DNA from: Candidatus Parcubacteria bacterium
GTDB lineage: Bacteria; Patescibacteriota; Minisyncoccia; Phycocordibacterales; PALSA-1337
NCBI GenBank assembly: GCA_041158765.1
Contig: JBEBAU010000018.1
Span: forward strand, 2,557-66,556
Length of the DNA stretch: 64,000 bases
Direction: 5' to 3'
How positions within the stretch are numbered: position 1 is the stretch's first letter; each line of letters opens with the position of its first letter. Below are positions 1 through 9,250 of the stretch, one piece after another. The notes under the pieces were generated by a model. That model was not told the origin of the DNA. It ran no database searches and saw only the letters and a list, made by a program, of their open reading frames with translations. The translations under genes and the position numbers were made by a program.

Positions 1-601
1 GGATTTGTTGAAAAAGATACAAGCACCAGCACGTCGCGTGTATGATTTGATTGCTGAACTTCTCAAAGAAGAAACAGGGAAGAATTGGACAAGAATAGAG
101 CTGGTGAATTTGATGAATAGTGAAATCGTTTCGTATCTTTCAGATCTTACTGTGCCTGATTTCGACAAGGTTGCACACAGAAATAGGTTTATTTTTTATA
201 GAAACCCTTCAGGGGATGCCATTGTGGAAGATCCAGCTATTATTAGTGATGTAGCAAAACTATTGCAATCGAATACTACAAAGCAGATCAAGGGAGCTAT
301 TGCATATCGAGGTAAGGTTGTGGGTAAGGTTAGTCTTGTGTTCAGTAGAGATGATCTCCACAAAATTAATGAAGGTTCTGTATTAGTTGCTCGTACAACA
401 ATGCCGGACTACATTCATGCAATGGAAAAGGCTGCTGCATTTGTCACTGATGAAGGTGGTATCACGTCTCACGCGGCTATTATTGCTCGCGAATTGAAGA
501 AACCTTGTATTGTGGGTACAACTAACTCCACAAAGGTCTTGAAAGACGGCGATATGGTGGAAGTGGATGCTGATAAGGGGGTTGTGAGAATCATTACATA
601 A
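1..601 (+). CDS. PEP-utilizing enzyme mobile (phospho-His swivel) domain protein, 5'-truncated by window edge
   Basis: C-terminal VLVARTTMPDY...AAAFVTDEGGITSHAAIIARELKKPCIVGT...LKDGDMVEVDADKG motif. Confidence 0.85.
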   Translation, partial: DLLKKIQAPARRVYDLIAELLKEETGKNWTRIELVNLMNSEIVSYLSDLTVPDFDKVAHRNRFIFYRNPSGDAIVEDPAIISDVAKLLQSNTTKQIKGAIAYRGKVVGKVSLVFSRDDLHKINEGSVLVARTTMPDYIHAMEKAAAFVTDEGGITSHAAIIARELKKPCIVGTTNSTKVLKDGDMVEVDADKGVVRIIT

Positions 602-666
602 ATTTGACAGTGTCGGGAATTGATTGCTACTATCGTCGAGTAGTTTTTGGTCTTCTCTATTTTTTT

Positions 667-858
667 ATGAAACATATTCACGCATATAGCGGGTCTGCTA
701 TGACCTTGGGGTATTTCTTTGGATTTACCTTGTATCTGGGACTCGGCCTCATAGTTGTTGGCGTCGTCACCGTGCTCTCTGATTTGCTCCCCAAACCGCA
801 ACAAAAGTTGCGGTTTTTTATTTTTTTGAGATCGTTTATTTTCGATCAGATTTCTTGA
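667..858 (+). CDS. Possible small membrane protein (orphan)
   Basis: One hydrophobic segment; TTGACA(604-609)..TGcTACTAT(625-633) upstream; but a terminator-like hairpin (793-819) lies inside the ORF. Confidence 0.3.
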   Translation: MKHIHAYSGSAMTLGYFFGFTLYLGLGLIVVGVVTVLSDLLPKPQQKLRFFIFLRSFIFDQIS

Positions 859-1249
859 TTCGCTTATAGAGATGCTTCGATTCTTTTGTGAGAGCAAGGA
901 TACCAATGACCACGACGTATGTCGCTCGGACTTCGGCAGGAATTTCATAATGTTTTTCCAAAAAGATATTCACAATAAGCAAACCAAAGACAAGTAATGT
1001 CCATAAAATGACATAGAGCTCACCTGGGTGGAGAGTTTTGTGAGAGTCGTGCCAGCGTTTGAACTCCTTCTCTGCACTATAAATCGCAAGTGCAGAACCG
1101 TAGAGAACAGAGATAATAAGAATAATATTTTCGTGATCGAGTGCATTATCAGTGATGAAATCGTATACGATTGCAATAAAAAATACGATAGTCCAGAAGT
1201 TTGTGAGATGTCTCCAGATTGATTGGGTGAGAAGTGGTGCAGATTTCAT
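836..1249 (-). CDS. Hypothetical membrane protein, about 4 TM helices
   Basis: 137 aa ORF with four hydrophobic stretches. Confidence 0.7.
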   Translation of the reverse strand: MKSAPLLTQSIWRHLTNFWTIVFFIAIVYDFITDNALDHENIILIISVLYGSALAIYSAEKEFKRWHDSHKTLHPGELYVILWTLLVFGLLIVNIFLEKHYEIPAEVRATYVVVIGILALTKESKHLYKRIKKSDRK

Positions 1250-1371
1250 TTTTTGTCAGATTTTCTCTTTTATTTCACTATAATTATAGCAAAAAGTTGT
1301 GCCTTGTGTCACCTATCTATTCGTGGTATTTTCTTCAACTGGTCAATGTAACAAGTTTTTTGGAGGTATAT

Positions 1372-1557
1372 ATGTGTCACCTACGTCCTTCGTCCCGGGT
1401 ATACCGTCATAGCTCTCAAACTGGAGGCGTCCGTCACTTCCGTGCTCTCGAGCAACTGTGCGATCGGTTAGGCTATATTTTCACCCATCCGCTTCAGTGG
1501 TTGCTGGGCACAAAACCAGAGCAAAAGGCACCATCAAACAAGGCAGGTTCTCACTAA
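1372..1557 (+). CDS. Small hypothetical protein (61 aa)
   Basis: GGAGG at 1362-1366 in front of ATG 1372. Confidence 0.4.
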   Translation: MCHLRPSSRVYRHSSQTGGVRHFRALEQLCDRLGYIFTHPLQWLLGTKPEQKAPSNKAGSH

Positions 1558-1564
1558 ATCAGCC

Positions 1565-1717
1565 ATGAACGATAAGCCGGATTCTAACGAAACCAGCTTT
1601 GATGCTGATGCTCGCCTTGCCGAAAGCAATATCCGCTGCGACTTGTTTGTCTTGGTGTTGAGCCTCGCAACTGTCGTTATTGGGTTTGGGTGGATTTGGA
1701 TCAGGCTTCCTCGGTAA
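1565..1717 (+). CDS. Small single-TM protein (50 aa, not in ORF track)
   Basis: Manual translation MNDKPDSNETSFDADARLAESNIRCDLFVLVLSLATVVIGFGWIWIRLPR; followed by hairpin AGGTCGTCA-ttt-TGACGGCCT plus T-run. Confidence 0.45.
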   Translation: MNDKPDSNETSFDADARLAESNIRCDLFVLVLSLATVVIGFGWIWIRLPR

Positions 1718-1851
1718 TTCAGGTCGTCATTTTGACGGCCTTTTTCTTTGGAAAGAGAGTTTTTTTGATAAAAAGGCCATGCTATTGACAGTTTTAATAG
1801 GTTACTGTAATATGACTTTACAAATACCATATAGGTTGATATAAATTATTT

Positions 1852-2901
1852 ATGACAACAACCCAATTCAAACCAAAAGTATCGACGAAGCGCCTCCTTA
1901 GTGTGCTTCCAGACCGAGCTCGTGATGTGCTCATAAATCGCTATGGATTGGGCAAGAGTTCTGAAAAAATGACTCTTGATGCTATTGGCAAACTCTACGG
2001 TATCACTCGAGAACGCGTTCGCCAGATCGAGAACTACGCTATCACTAATATTCGTAAGTCAGATGCATATAAGCAGGAGCGTGTTGTCTTTGCTGAAATG
2101 GAAGAAATGCTTCACTCACTCGGAGGTATTGTTGTTGAAGAAGATTTCCTCGGTTCTGTCTCAAAAGACGCTTCAACTCAGAATCATATTCATTTCCTCC
2201 TTGTTGTCGGAGATGGTTTCAAAAAGAATAAAGAAGATGATGAATTTAAGCACCGATGGCATGTGAATGAACAGCTTGCAAAGCAGGTTGAAGACTCACT
2301 TCGCAAATTGTACTCAGGTCTTTCAGATCAAGACCTCCTTCCTGAATCAGAAATGGTTGGCAAGTTCCTCGAACACCTCGAAGGTGTTGCTGAGAAGTAT
2401 AAGAATCAAGAAATTGTGAAGCGATGGCTCGGACTTTCGAAGCATATCGGTAAGAATGCAATTGGCGAATGGGGTGTTGCTCACTCACCGAATATTAAGA
2501 CCAAGGGTATGCGAGACTATGCATTCCTCGTTATTCGCAAGCATGGATCACCAATTCATTTCCGTGAAGTAGCGAAGCAGATCGGTCTTGTTTTCAAAAA
2601 GAAGGCTCACGTTGCAACTACACACAATGAACTTATCAAGGATCCACGATTCGTTCTCGTTGGTCGAGGACTCTATGCACTCGCAGAATGGGGATATATG
2701 TCAGGAGTTGTGAAGGATGTCATCAAGAAGATTATCGAGAAGCATGGTGCGCTCAGCAAGGATGAAATTATCGAGAAGGTTCTCAAGGAGCGATATGTGA
2801 AAGAGAACACCATCATGGTAAATCTCCAGAATCAGAAGCATTTCAAAAAGACAAAAGAGGGCAAGTACCATCTTTCAGAAGAAAAAGCACCAGCTGCATA
2901 G
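1852..2901 (+). CDS. Sigma-70 region 4 HTH plus C-terminal winged-helix (HARE-HTH/RpoE-delta-like) protein
   Basis: N-terminal RYGL...TLDAIGKLYGITRERVRQIE (sigma r4); C-terminal PIHFREVA...HNELIKDPRFVLVGRGLYALAEW; no sigma region 2 seen. Confidence 0.8.
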   Translation: MTTTQFKPKVSTKRLLSVLPDRARDVLINRYGLGKSSEKMTLDAIGKLYGITRERVRQIENYAITNIRKSDAYKQERVVFAEMEEMLHSLGGIVVEEDFLGSVSKDASTQNHIHFLLVVGDGFKKNKEDDEFKHRWHVNEQLAKQVEDSLRKLYSGLSDQDLLPESEMVGKFLEHLEGVAEKYKNQEIVKRWLGLSKHIGKNAIGEWGVAHSPNIKTKGMRDYAFLVIRKHGSPIHFREVAKQIGLVFKKKAHVATTHNELIKDPRFVLVGRGLYALAEWGYMSGVVKDVIKKIIEKHGALSKDEIIEKVLKERYVKENTIMVNLQNQKHFKKTKEGKYHLSEEKAPAA

Positions 2902-2922
2902 GTAGACGCCTCCCAAGTTGGG

Positions 2923-2965
2923 GAAAAGCGCCGCCACATCTCAAATTGAGGTGGCGGCGCTTTTC
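2923..2965. terminator. Intrinsic terminator-like hairpin
   Basis: GAAAAGCGCCGCCAC ... GTGGCGGCGCTTTTC perfect 15-bp inverted repeat. Confidence 0.8.
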
Positions 2966-2987
2966 AATTGGTTGTATACTTTCAGAT

Positions 2988-4301
2988 ATGTTTGAGGAAG
3001 TAATTATATACGCCCCGATTTGGGGCTCAGCACTTATCGCTCTTGTGTTGGCTATTATCTTTTTGATGCCATCACTTGCGGCAGAGTATGGTGCTATCTT
3101 TTCTCAAGAACTCGCATTCTTCCTTATTACGATGCCGTACTGGTTGCCATTTTTTGGCGTCTTCGTTTTTTGGAGGACATGGGTCGTATATGTTCGTTCG
3201 AGATATCTCGCAAGTCTCAAATGGATACTACTCGAAATACGTCTTCCACAAGATGTGTTCAAATCTCCGCTTGCAATGGAGACATTCCTTATGGCGCTTC
3301 ATCAGACAGGAGGAGAGACAACATTCATTGATCGTTGGTGGAAAGGTCAGGTCCGTGCACATTGGTCACTTGAGATTATTTCAGTTGAAGGACAGATAAA
3401 ATTCATCATTTATACACAAGCCCGATACAAGACAATGGTCGAAGCTGCATTATATGCGCAGTACCCAGATATTGAAATACATGAAATTCCCGACTATACG
3501 AAGTCATTTCACTATGATCCAAAAGAGAATGATTTGTATGTTATTGATTACAAATTCAAGAATCCAAATCCATATCCAATAAAGACATATGTTGATTACG
3601 GTATTGATAGTGAACAAGTAGAAGAAGAGAACAAAATTGACCCAATCAATCACATGCTCGAATTCATGGGATCTCTTGGAGCACATCAGCAGTGTTGGTT
3701 TCAGATGATTATTCGAGCTCACAAAAAAGATCAGACAAAACCAGGTACTCTCTGGCAGAAAACAGACCTTTGGAAGGATGAAGCAAAGAAAGAAATTGAA
3801 AAAATCCGTGCTAGTTCAGTCCAAAAGACCGATGGTACTGTCGCAATCAAATTCCCAAACCCAACAAAAGGAGAACAGGAACGTATTGCTGCACTTGAAC
3901 GTGCGGTTTCGAAGCTTTCATTCGATGTCGGTCTTCGTTGTATATACATGGGTAAAAAAGAATTTTTTAATGGATCAAATATTAGCGCACAGCGAACTAT
4001 TCTCCGTGCATACAGTGCGCCACACCTCAATGAGCTCAAACCAACAGATTGGCTCGATGGTTTTGACTATCCTTGGCAGGATTTCAGAGATATGCGTAAA
4101 AAGCATAAGAAGCGTTTGGGACTCGAAGCATATAAGCGTCGCTCTTACTTCTATGCGCCAATTATTGGCAAAGAAAGACTTGTTATGTCAGTTGAAGAAA
4201 TTGCGTCAATCTTCCACTTGCCTGGTCAAGTTACTCAAACACCAAACCTTACACGTATTCCATCAAAGAAGGTCAAAGCTCCTTCAAATCTTCCAATATA
4301 A
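2988..4301 (+). CDS. Conserved hypothetical membrane-anchored protein (CPR-type)
   Basis: N-terminal TM helices then LLEIRLP...KSPLAME...WSLEIIS..YAQYP..EI, YPIKTY, and C-terminal EELA-like EEIASIFHLP...PSNLP; resembles the N-terminal region of CPR VirD4-like proteins (recalled, not searched). Confidence 0.7.
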   Translation: MFEEVIIYAPIWGSALIALVLAIIFLMPSLAAEYGAIFSQELAFFLITMPYWLPFFGVFVFWRTWVVYVRSRYLASLKWILLEIRLPQDVFKSPLAMETFLMALHQTGGETTFIDRWWKGQVRAHWSLEIISVEGQIKFIIYTQARYKTMVEAALYAQYPDIEIHEIPDYTKSFHYDPKENDLYVIDYKFKNPNPYPIKTYVDYGIDSEQVEEENKIDPINHMLEFMGSLGAHQQCWFQMIIRAHKKDQTKPGTLWQKTDLWKDEAKKEIEKIRASSVQKTDGTVAIKFPNPTKGEQERIAALERAVSKLSFDVGLRCIYMGKKEFFNGSNISAQRTILRAYSAPHLNELKPTDWLDGFDYPWQDFRDMRKKHKKRLGLEAYKRRSYFYAPIIGKERLVMSVEEIASIFHLPGQVTQTPNLTRIPSKKVKAPSNLPI

Positions 4302-4313
4302 CAATCTCACTAC

Positions 4314-5342
4314 ATGGATTTCCCAACACCAATTCCACCATTACCTCTGAATCAGGTAATTTCACAGAAAAAAGTATCGAAACTACTTATTGGTATCGTG
4401 GTCGCGGTTCTCGTGGTAATTCTATTGTTTGTCGCTGGTTTCTTTTTTTCAATGCCACCAAAGTCATTTGTTGTGGGTGATATTGTTACTGTTCCTAAGG
4501 CCACGACACTTTCAAAAGTTGCAGATATGTTAGATGAACGAGGACTTATACGGTCGAAAGATATGTTTAAAATCGCGGCGCTCATGGTCGGAGGTCGCAA
4601 TGGCGCTATGTCTGGAGATTATCTCTTCGATACGCCAGAAAGTGTTTGGACAATTGCATATCGAATTACGCATGCACAGCAGGGTATTGCACGAGTGAAA
4701 GTTACGTTTCCCGAAGGTTTCACTGTGAAAGAAATCGGTGCAACTTTGGTCAAAGCTATTCCAACATTTGATGAAAAAGGTTTTTTGGATGCAGCATCAA
4801 CTTCTGAGGGGTACTTATTCCCTGATACATATTATTTTTTTGGAAATGTTGATCCGGCTGAAGTCGTACGAGTGCTTCGCTCGGAATTTGATCGCAAGTA
4901 TGCTTCAGTTCGAAGTGATCCAGCAATCATGACTGGCAGTGTGTATGGCCGTTCAAAAAAAGACATTGTTACGATGGCGTCAATTGTTGAAAAGGAGGCC
5001 GTTGAGCAAACTGATCGAGAAATGGTTGCGGGAATTCTATGGAAGCGATTGGACAAAGGCATGCTTCTGCAAGTTGATCCGCCATTTCAGTATTTTCTTG
5101 GAAAAACAACATTTGATTTGACGTTTGATGATTTGAAAGTTGATTCACCATATAACACGTACCTTCACAAAGGATTACCACCAACACCAATAGATAATCC
5201 TGGCGTCGATGCATTACGAGCAACAATGCAAGCAAAATCGTCTCCATACTGGTTCTATCTTTCAGATAAAAAAGGGGGAATGCACTATGCTCGAACCTAT
5301 GATGAACACCTTACAAATAGAAGATTGTATCTTGGCAAATAG
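4314..5342 (+). CDS. mltG: Endolytic transglycosylase MltG (YceG)
   Basis: N-terminal TM; TFPEG, EGYLFPDTY, ASIVEKE, LQVD, SPYNTY..GLPPTPI.NPG motifs. Confidence 0.95.
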   Translation: MDFPTPIPPLPLNQVISQKKVSKLLIGIVVAVLVVILLFVAGFFFSMPPKSFVVGDIVTVPKATTLSKVADMLDERGLIRSKDMFKIAALMVGGRNGAMSGDYLFDTPESVWTIAYRITHAQQGIARVKVTFPEGFTVKEIGATLVKAIPTFDEKGFLDAASTSEGYLFPDTYYFFGNVDPAEVVRVLRSEFDRKYASVRSDPAIMTGSVYGRSKKDIVTMASIVEKEAVEQTDREMVAGILWKRLDKGMLLQVDPPFQYFLGKTTFDLTFDDLKVDSPYNTYLHKGLPPTPIDNPGVDALRATMQAKSSPYWFYLSDKKGGMHYARTYDEHLTNRRLYLGK

Positions 5343-5389
5343 TAGTGTGTGAAATTGTATTGCTGTCACGAAGATGGTATCGTTTGCGT

Positions 5390-6538
5390 GTGAAAAATAC
5401 ACAGCAAAAGAAGAAGGTATTCGTGGGAATGTCCGGAGGAGTTGATAGCTCGGTTTCTGCGGCATTGCTCAAACATGCCGGTTACGATGTAACTGGAGTG
5501 TTTATCAAGGTGTGGCAACCTGATTGGATTACCTGTACGTGGAGAGAAGATCGAATTGATGCAATGCGAGTAGCAGCAGTGCTCGGTATCAAATTCGTAA
5601 CGCTCGATCTCGAAGATGTGTATAAACGCGAGGTAGTTGATTATATGATTGCCGAATATCGTGCTGGGCGAACACCAAATCCCGATGTGATGTGTAATCG
5701 GTATGTGAAATTTGGTGGATTTTTTGATTGGGCAATGAAACAGGGTGCTGATTATGTTGCAACGGGACACTATGCACGAATTGTGAAAAAAGAGGGTGTT
5801 GTAGCTGGAAGTGGTGAAAATGCAGACAAAAGAAACGTGGCGATATATGAATTATGTGCAGGAGACGATCGAAACAAAGATCAGTCGTATTTTCTTTGGA
5901 CACTTGGGCAGCGCGAGCTTTCGCACACGCTGTTTCCTGTGGGTGCTATCGAAAAGCCAGCTGTGCGAAAGCTCGCGCATTCTTTCAAACTTCCAACTGC
6001 CACAAAAAAAGATAGCCAAGGCCTTTGTTTCATTGGAAAAATTGATATCAAAGATTTTCTTTCACGATATATTGAAACAAAGCCCGGTATGGTACTTGAT
6101 GAAAAAGGTGAAAAAATCGGCAGTCATGACGGTGCGGTGTTTTTTACGATGGGAGAGCGACACGGTTTCACTATTGATGCCAAGCACAAAACCCCCAATG
6201 ACAATCCGTATTATGTCGTTTCAAAAGATATTGAAAAAAATACCATAACTGTCGCTTCTGGAAAATCAGATACACAGACTTTCATACAAAAAGAGATTAC
6301 TCTTGAGCAAACGAATTGGAATACTGACATCATACCCGTAGCCACTGCCACATATTATGCTCGACCACGATATCGTGCAGCACTCGTACCAATTTCAATT
6401 CAAGATGCCAATAACACAAAAAAGACCACAAGAATTATTTTCACTGAACCACAACAAACACTTTCATCTGGACAATCACTCGTGATATACGCTGACGCTC
6501 AAGGAGAGGTGTGTATTGGTGGAGGAATCATTGCATAA
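5390..6538 (+). CDS. mnmA: tRNA 2-thiouridylase MnmA
   Basis: MSGGVDSSV, TPNPDVMCN, ATGHYA, KDQSYFL, KKDSQGLCF; GTG start at 5390 assumed. Confidence 0.97.
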   Translation: MKNTQQKKKVFVGMSGGVDSSVSAALLKHAGYDVTGVFIKVWQPDWITCTWREDRIDAMRVAAVLGIKFVTLDLEDVYKREVVDYMIAEYRAGRTPNPDVMCNRYVKFGGFFDWAMKQGADYVATGHYARIVKKEGVVAGSGENADKRNVAIYELCAGDDRNKDQSYFLWTLGQRELSHTLFPVGAIEKPAVRKLAHSFKLPTATKKDSQGLCFIGKIDIKDFLSRYIETKPGMVLDEKGEKIGSHDGAVFFTMGERHGFTIDAKHKTPNDNPYYVVSKDIEKNTITVASGKSDTQTFIQKEITLEQTNWNTDIIPVATATYYARPRYRAALVPISIQDANNTKKTTRIIFTEPQQTLSSGQSLVIYADAQGEVCIGGGIIA

Positions 6539-6558
6539 TTCTTGGTATACTGTTTGTC

Positions 6559-7404
6559 ATGAATCACCTCATGTACATTACCAAGGCTGATGGAGGCAAG
6601 GAGCTCTTCGAGGAAGAAAAGCTTGTTGATTCGCTTCGTCGTGTTGGTGGATCCGAAGAATTGATCGCATCGGTTGTGGAGAAGGTTGAAAGTGAAATGC
6701 GTGATGGTATGACGACTGGTGAAATTTATGCGCACGCCTTCGAGCTCCTACGACAGCGTTCAAGTCATGTTGCGGTGAAGTACTCGCTTCGCAGAGCACT
6801 TTCGGAACTTGGTCCAAATGGTTTTCCTTTTGAAAAATTTATTGCAGAAATATTTAAGACATGGGGATATCAGACACTTACTGATCAAACCGTCATGGGT
6901 TCTTGTGTACCACACGAAGTTGATATTGTTGCGTGGAATCCAGAGAAGCTAATCATGGTTGAAGCGAAGTTTCATAATGAATTCGGAATCAAATCTGATG
7001 TGAAAGTTGCACTCTATGTGAAAGCCCGCTTCGACGATATTAAGGGCGCGATATACGATTATGGAGGTATTAAGCGCGAAATGACCGAAGGCTGGCTTGT
7101 GACGAATACGAAGTTCACCGATCAAGCAATTCGGTATGGCGAATGCAAGGGTTTGAAAATGATTGGTTGGAACTATCCTGCACGTGGCAATCTCCAGCAG
7201 ATCATCGAAGGTTCAGGACTTCACCCGTTTACTTGTCTCTCAACTTTGAGTAATGTACATAAACGAGCACTTCTCGATCGAGGAATACTGCTCTGTCGTG
7301 ATATCAAAGCACAGCCGGCAATTTTGAAAGAGCTCGGTATGGATATGGCAAAAGCTAATGCAGTAATTGATGAAATAAATGAAGTGTGTGGTTTTCACGA
7401 ATAA
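6559..7404 (+). CDS. ATP-cone domain fused to Mrr-like PD-(D/E)XK endonuclease domain
   Basis: N-terminal ITKADG..ELF..EKL..SL (ATP-cone); GFPFEKFIA, HEVDIVA, VEAKFH nuclease motif. Confidence 0.8.
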   Translation: MNHLMYITKADGGKELFEEEKLVDSLRRVGGSEELIASVVEKVESEMRDGMTTGEIYAHAFELLRQRSSHVAVKYSLRRALSELGPNGFPFEKFIAEIFKTWGYQTLTDQTVMGSCVPHEVDIVAWNPEKLIMVEAKFHNEFGIKSDVKVALYVKARFDDIKGAIYDYGGIKREMTEGWLVTNTKFTDQAIRYGECKGLKMIGWNYPARGNLQQIIEGSGLHPFTCLSTLSNVHKRALLDRGILLCRDIKAQPAILKELGMDMAKANAVIDEINEVCGFHE

Positions 7405-7420
7405 TAAATAGTAATTTCAC

Positions 7421-8647
7421 ATGAAAAAAACAGCATATAAGCCTCCACAAAAAATACTTGAAAAGTACGCAGATGTACTCGTGAATTTTGCTTTGGGTGG
7501 AGGAAAAGGAATAAAAAAGGGCGAGGTCGTGCGTATAACTGCAGAAGAATGTGCGAAACCGCTATTCCTTGAATTACGCAAGGCAGTGTGGCGTGCTGGT
7601 GGGCATGTGATTTCACATTATCTTCCAAGCAATGATGAAGAATACAATGTTGAAAAGGACTTTTTCGATCACGCATTGCAACATCAACTCGAATTTTTCC
7701 CTGAGCACTCACTTAAGGGTCTTATCAAGCAACTTGACCACACTATTTTCATCATTAGCGAAACAGACAAAAAGGCACTTGCAGGTGTTGATCCAAAAAA
7801 GATGATGCAAGTCGGACAAGCGATGAAGCCATTCATGGAATGGAGAAATGAAAAGGAGAATGCGGGCAAATTCACATGGACACTCGCACTCTACGGCACT
7901 GAAGCTATGGCAAAAGAGGCGGGGATGTCTCTCGAAGAATATTGGAAACAAATAATCAATGCATGCTATCTCAATGACGCTAATCCAATTGCTACTTGGA
8001 AGAAGGTCTACAAAAACCTCGAATCATATCGAAACAAGCTCAACAAAATGCAGTTTGATAAGTTCCATGTACAAGGTCCTGATGCAGATCTCTGGATTAG
8101 CTATGGTGAGAAGCGTGCATGGATGGGTGGCTCTGGTCGTAATGTGCCAAGCTTCGAACTTTTCACATCACCTGATTGTAGGGGAACTAACGGCTGGATT
8201 CGTTTCAATCAGCCCCTCTATCGCTACGGTAATCTTATTGAAGGTATTGAGCTTACATTCAAGGATGGTCATGTGGTGAAAGCTTCTGCCACAAAGAATG
8301 AAAAAGTCTTGAAACAAATGATCGCTACTGAGAACGCAGATATGGTTGGAGAGTTTTCTATGACAGACAAGCGGTTTTCAAAAATTACAAAGTTTATGGC
8401 CGAGACGCTTTTTGATGAAAATATCGGCGGGGAACACGGTAATACACATATTGCGCTCGGTAATGCATATCATGATTGTTATGCTGGAAATCCAGCGAAG
8501 GTTACCAAAAAACAGTGGCATAAGCTTGGCTACAATAATTCATCAGTGCATACAGATATGGTTTCAACTGCGCCACGCACCATCACCGCATATATGAAAG
8601 ATGGTTCAACGAAGGTGATATACAAGGATGGAATGTATGTTCTGTAG
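7421..8647 (+). CDS. Aminopeptidase, M29 (AmpS/AmpT) family
   Basis: LEKYADVLV, NVPSFELFTSP, LFDENIGG, HIALG, SSVHTD motifs. Confidence 0.92.
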   Translation: MKKTAYKPPQKILEKYADVLVNFALGGGKGIKKGEVVRITAEECAKPLFLELRKAVWRAGGHVISHYLPSNDEEYNVEKDFFDHALQHQLEFFPEHSLKGLIKQLDHTIFIISETDKKALAGVDPKKMMQVGQAMKPFMEWRNEKENAGKFTWTLALYGTEAMAKEAGMSLEEYWKQIINACYLNDANPIATWKKVYKNLESYRNKLNKMQFDKFHVQGPDADLWISYGEKRAWMGGSGRNVPSFELFTSPDCRGTNGWIRFNQPLYRYGNLIEGIELTFKDGHVVKASATKNEKVLKQMIATENADMVGEFSMTDKRFSKITKFMAETLFDENIGGEHGNTHIALGNAYHDCYAGNPAKVTKKQWHKLGYNNSSVHTDMVSTAPRTITAYMKDGSTKVIYKDGMYVL

Positions 8648-8772
8648 CTTTTTTGTGAGGGATTGACAAAGCGCGATTTTTACGCTACTTTTTGATGCAT
8701 TGTAGTACCCGTGATGTGCCTGTAGCATGTTTCGGTTAGATTGAAAAAAACAACCTCCGCCACCAATTAGTT

Positions 8773-9135
8773 ATGATATTAGCCACACTCTATCACCCGA
8801 AGAGTTCTTTGGGTCCGCATCAAGCTGCGGTGATTTTGCAAACGTTCCCTGATCTTTTCCGGAACGCTGTGTATCAGGATCAGCCACAGAGCAATCGCGC
8901 TCGTAACAAAGTGTTTCTGGAAATTCGTGAATATTCTGGAAATGCAGTTACTCCGCGAATGCTGATCGTGATTGAAGTTGTGGGGCAGTTGGTCAGTAAC
9001 CACCCACTCTACAGCGAAGAGGGCTGCCGCGCTCTGAAGGATTCAATTTTGAAAAAAAATCCTGCAGCTCCCCAGAGTTTGAGCATTTTCGACTTCGACC
9101 TTGTCGTGAAATTCGCGTCCGGCATCGTTGCTTGA
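8773..9135 (+). CDS. Orphan hypothetical protein
   Basis: 120 aa ORF; TTGACA(8663-8668)-17 nt-TACTTT upstream; AAAGCCTTTC..GAAAGGCTTT hairpin downstream. Confidence 0.6.
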   Translation: MILATLYHPKSSLGPHQAAVILQTFPDLFRNAVYQDQPQSNRARNKVFLEIREYSGNAVTPRMLIVIEVVGQLVSNHPLYSEEGCRALKDSILKKNPAAPQSLSIFDFDLVVKFASGIVA

Positions 9136-9250
9136 ACTTTTCTTGTGCGACACACCAAAGCCTTTCTTTTTGAAAGGCTTTTTATTTTTCACAATATATA
9201 GACACCGCCATAAACTCGAAAAAAAACCATAAATCTGTTATATTGCTCGC

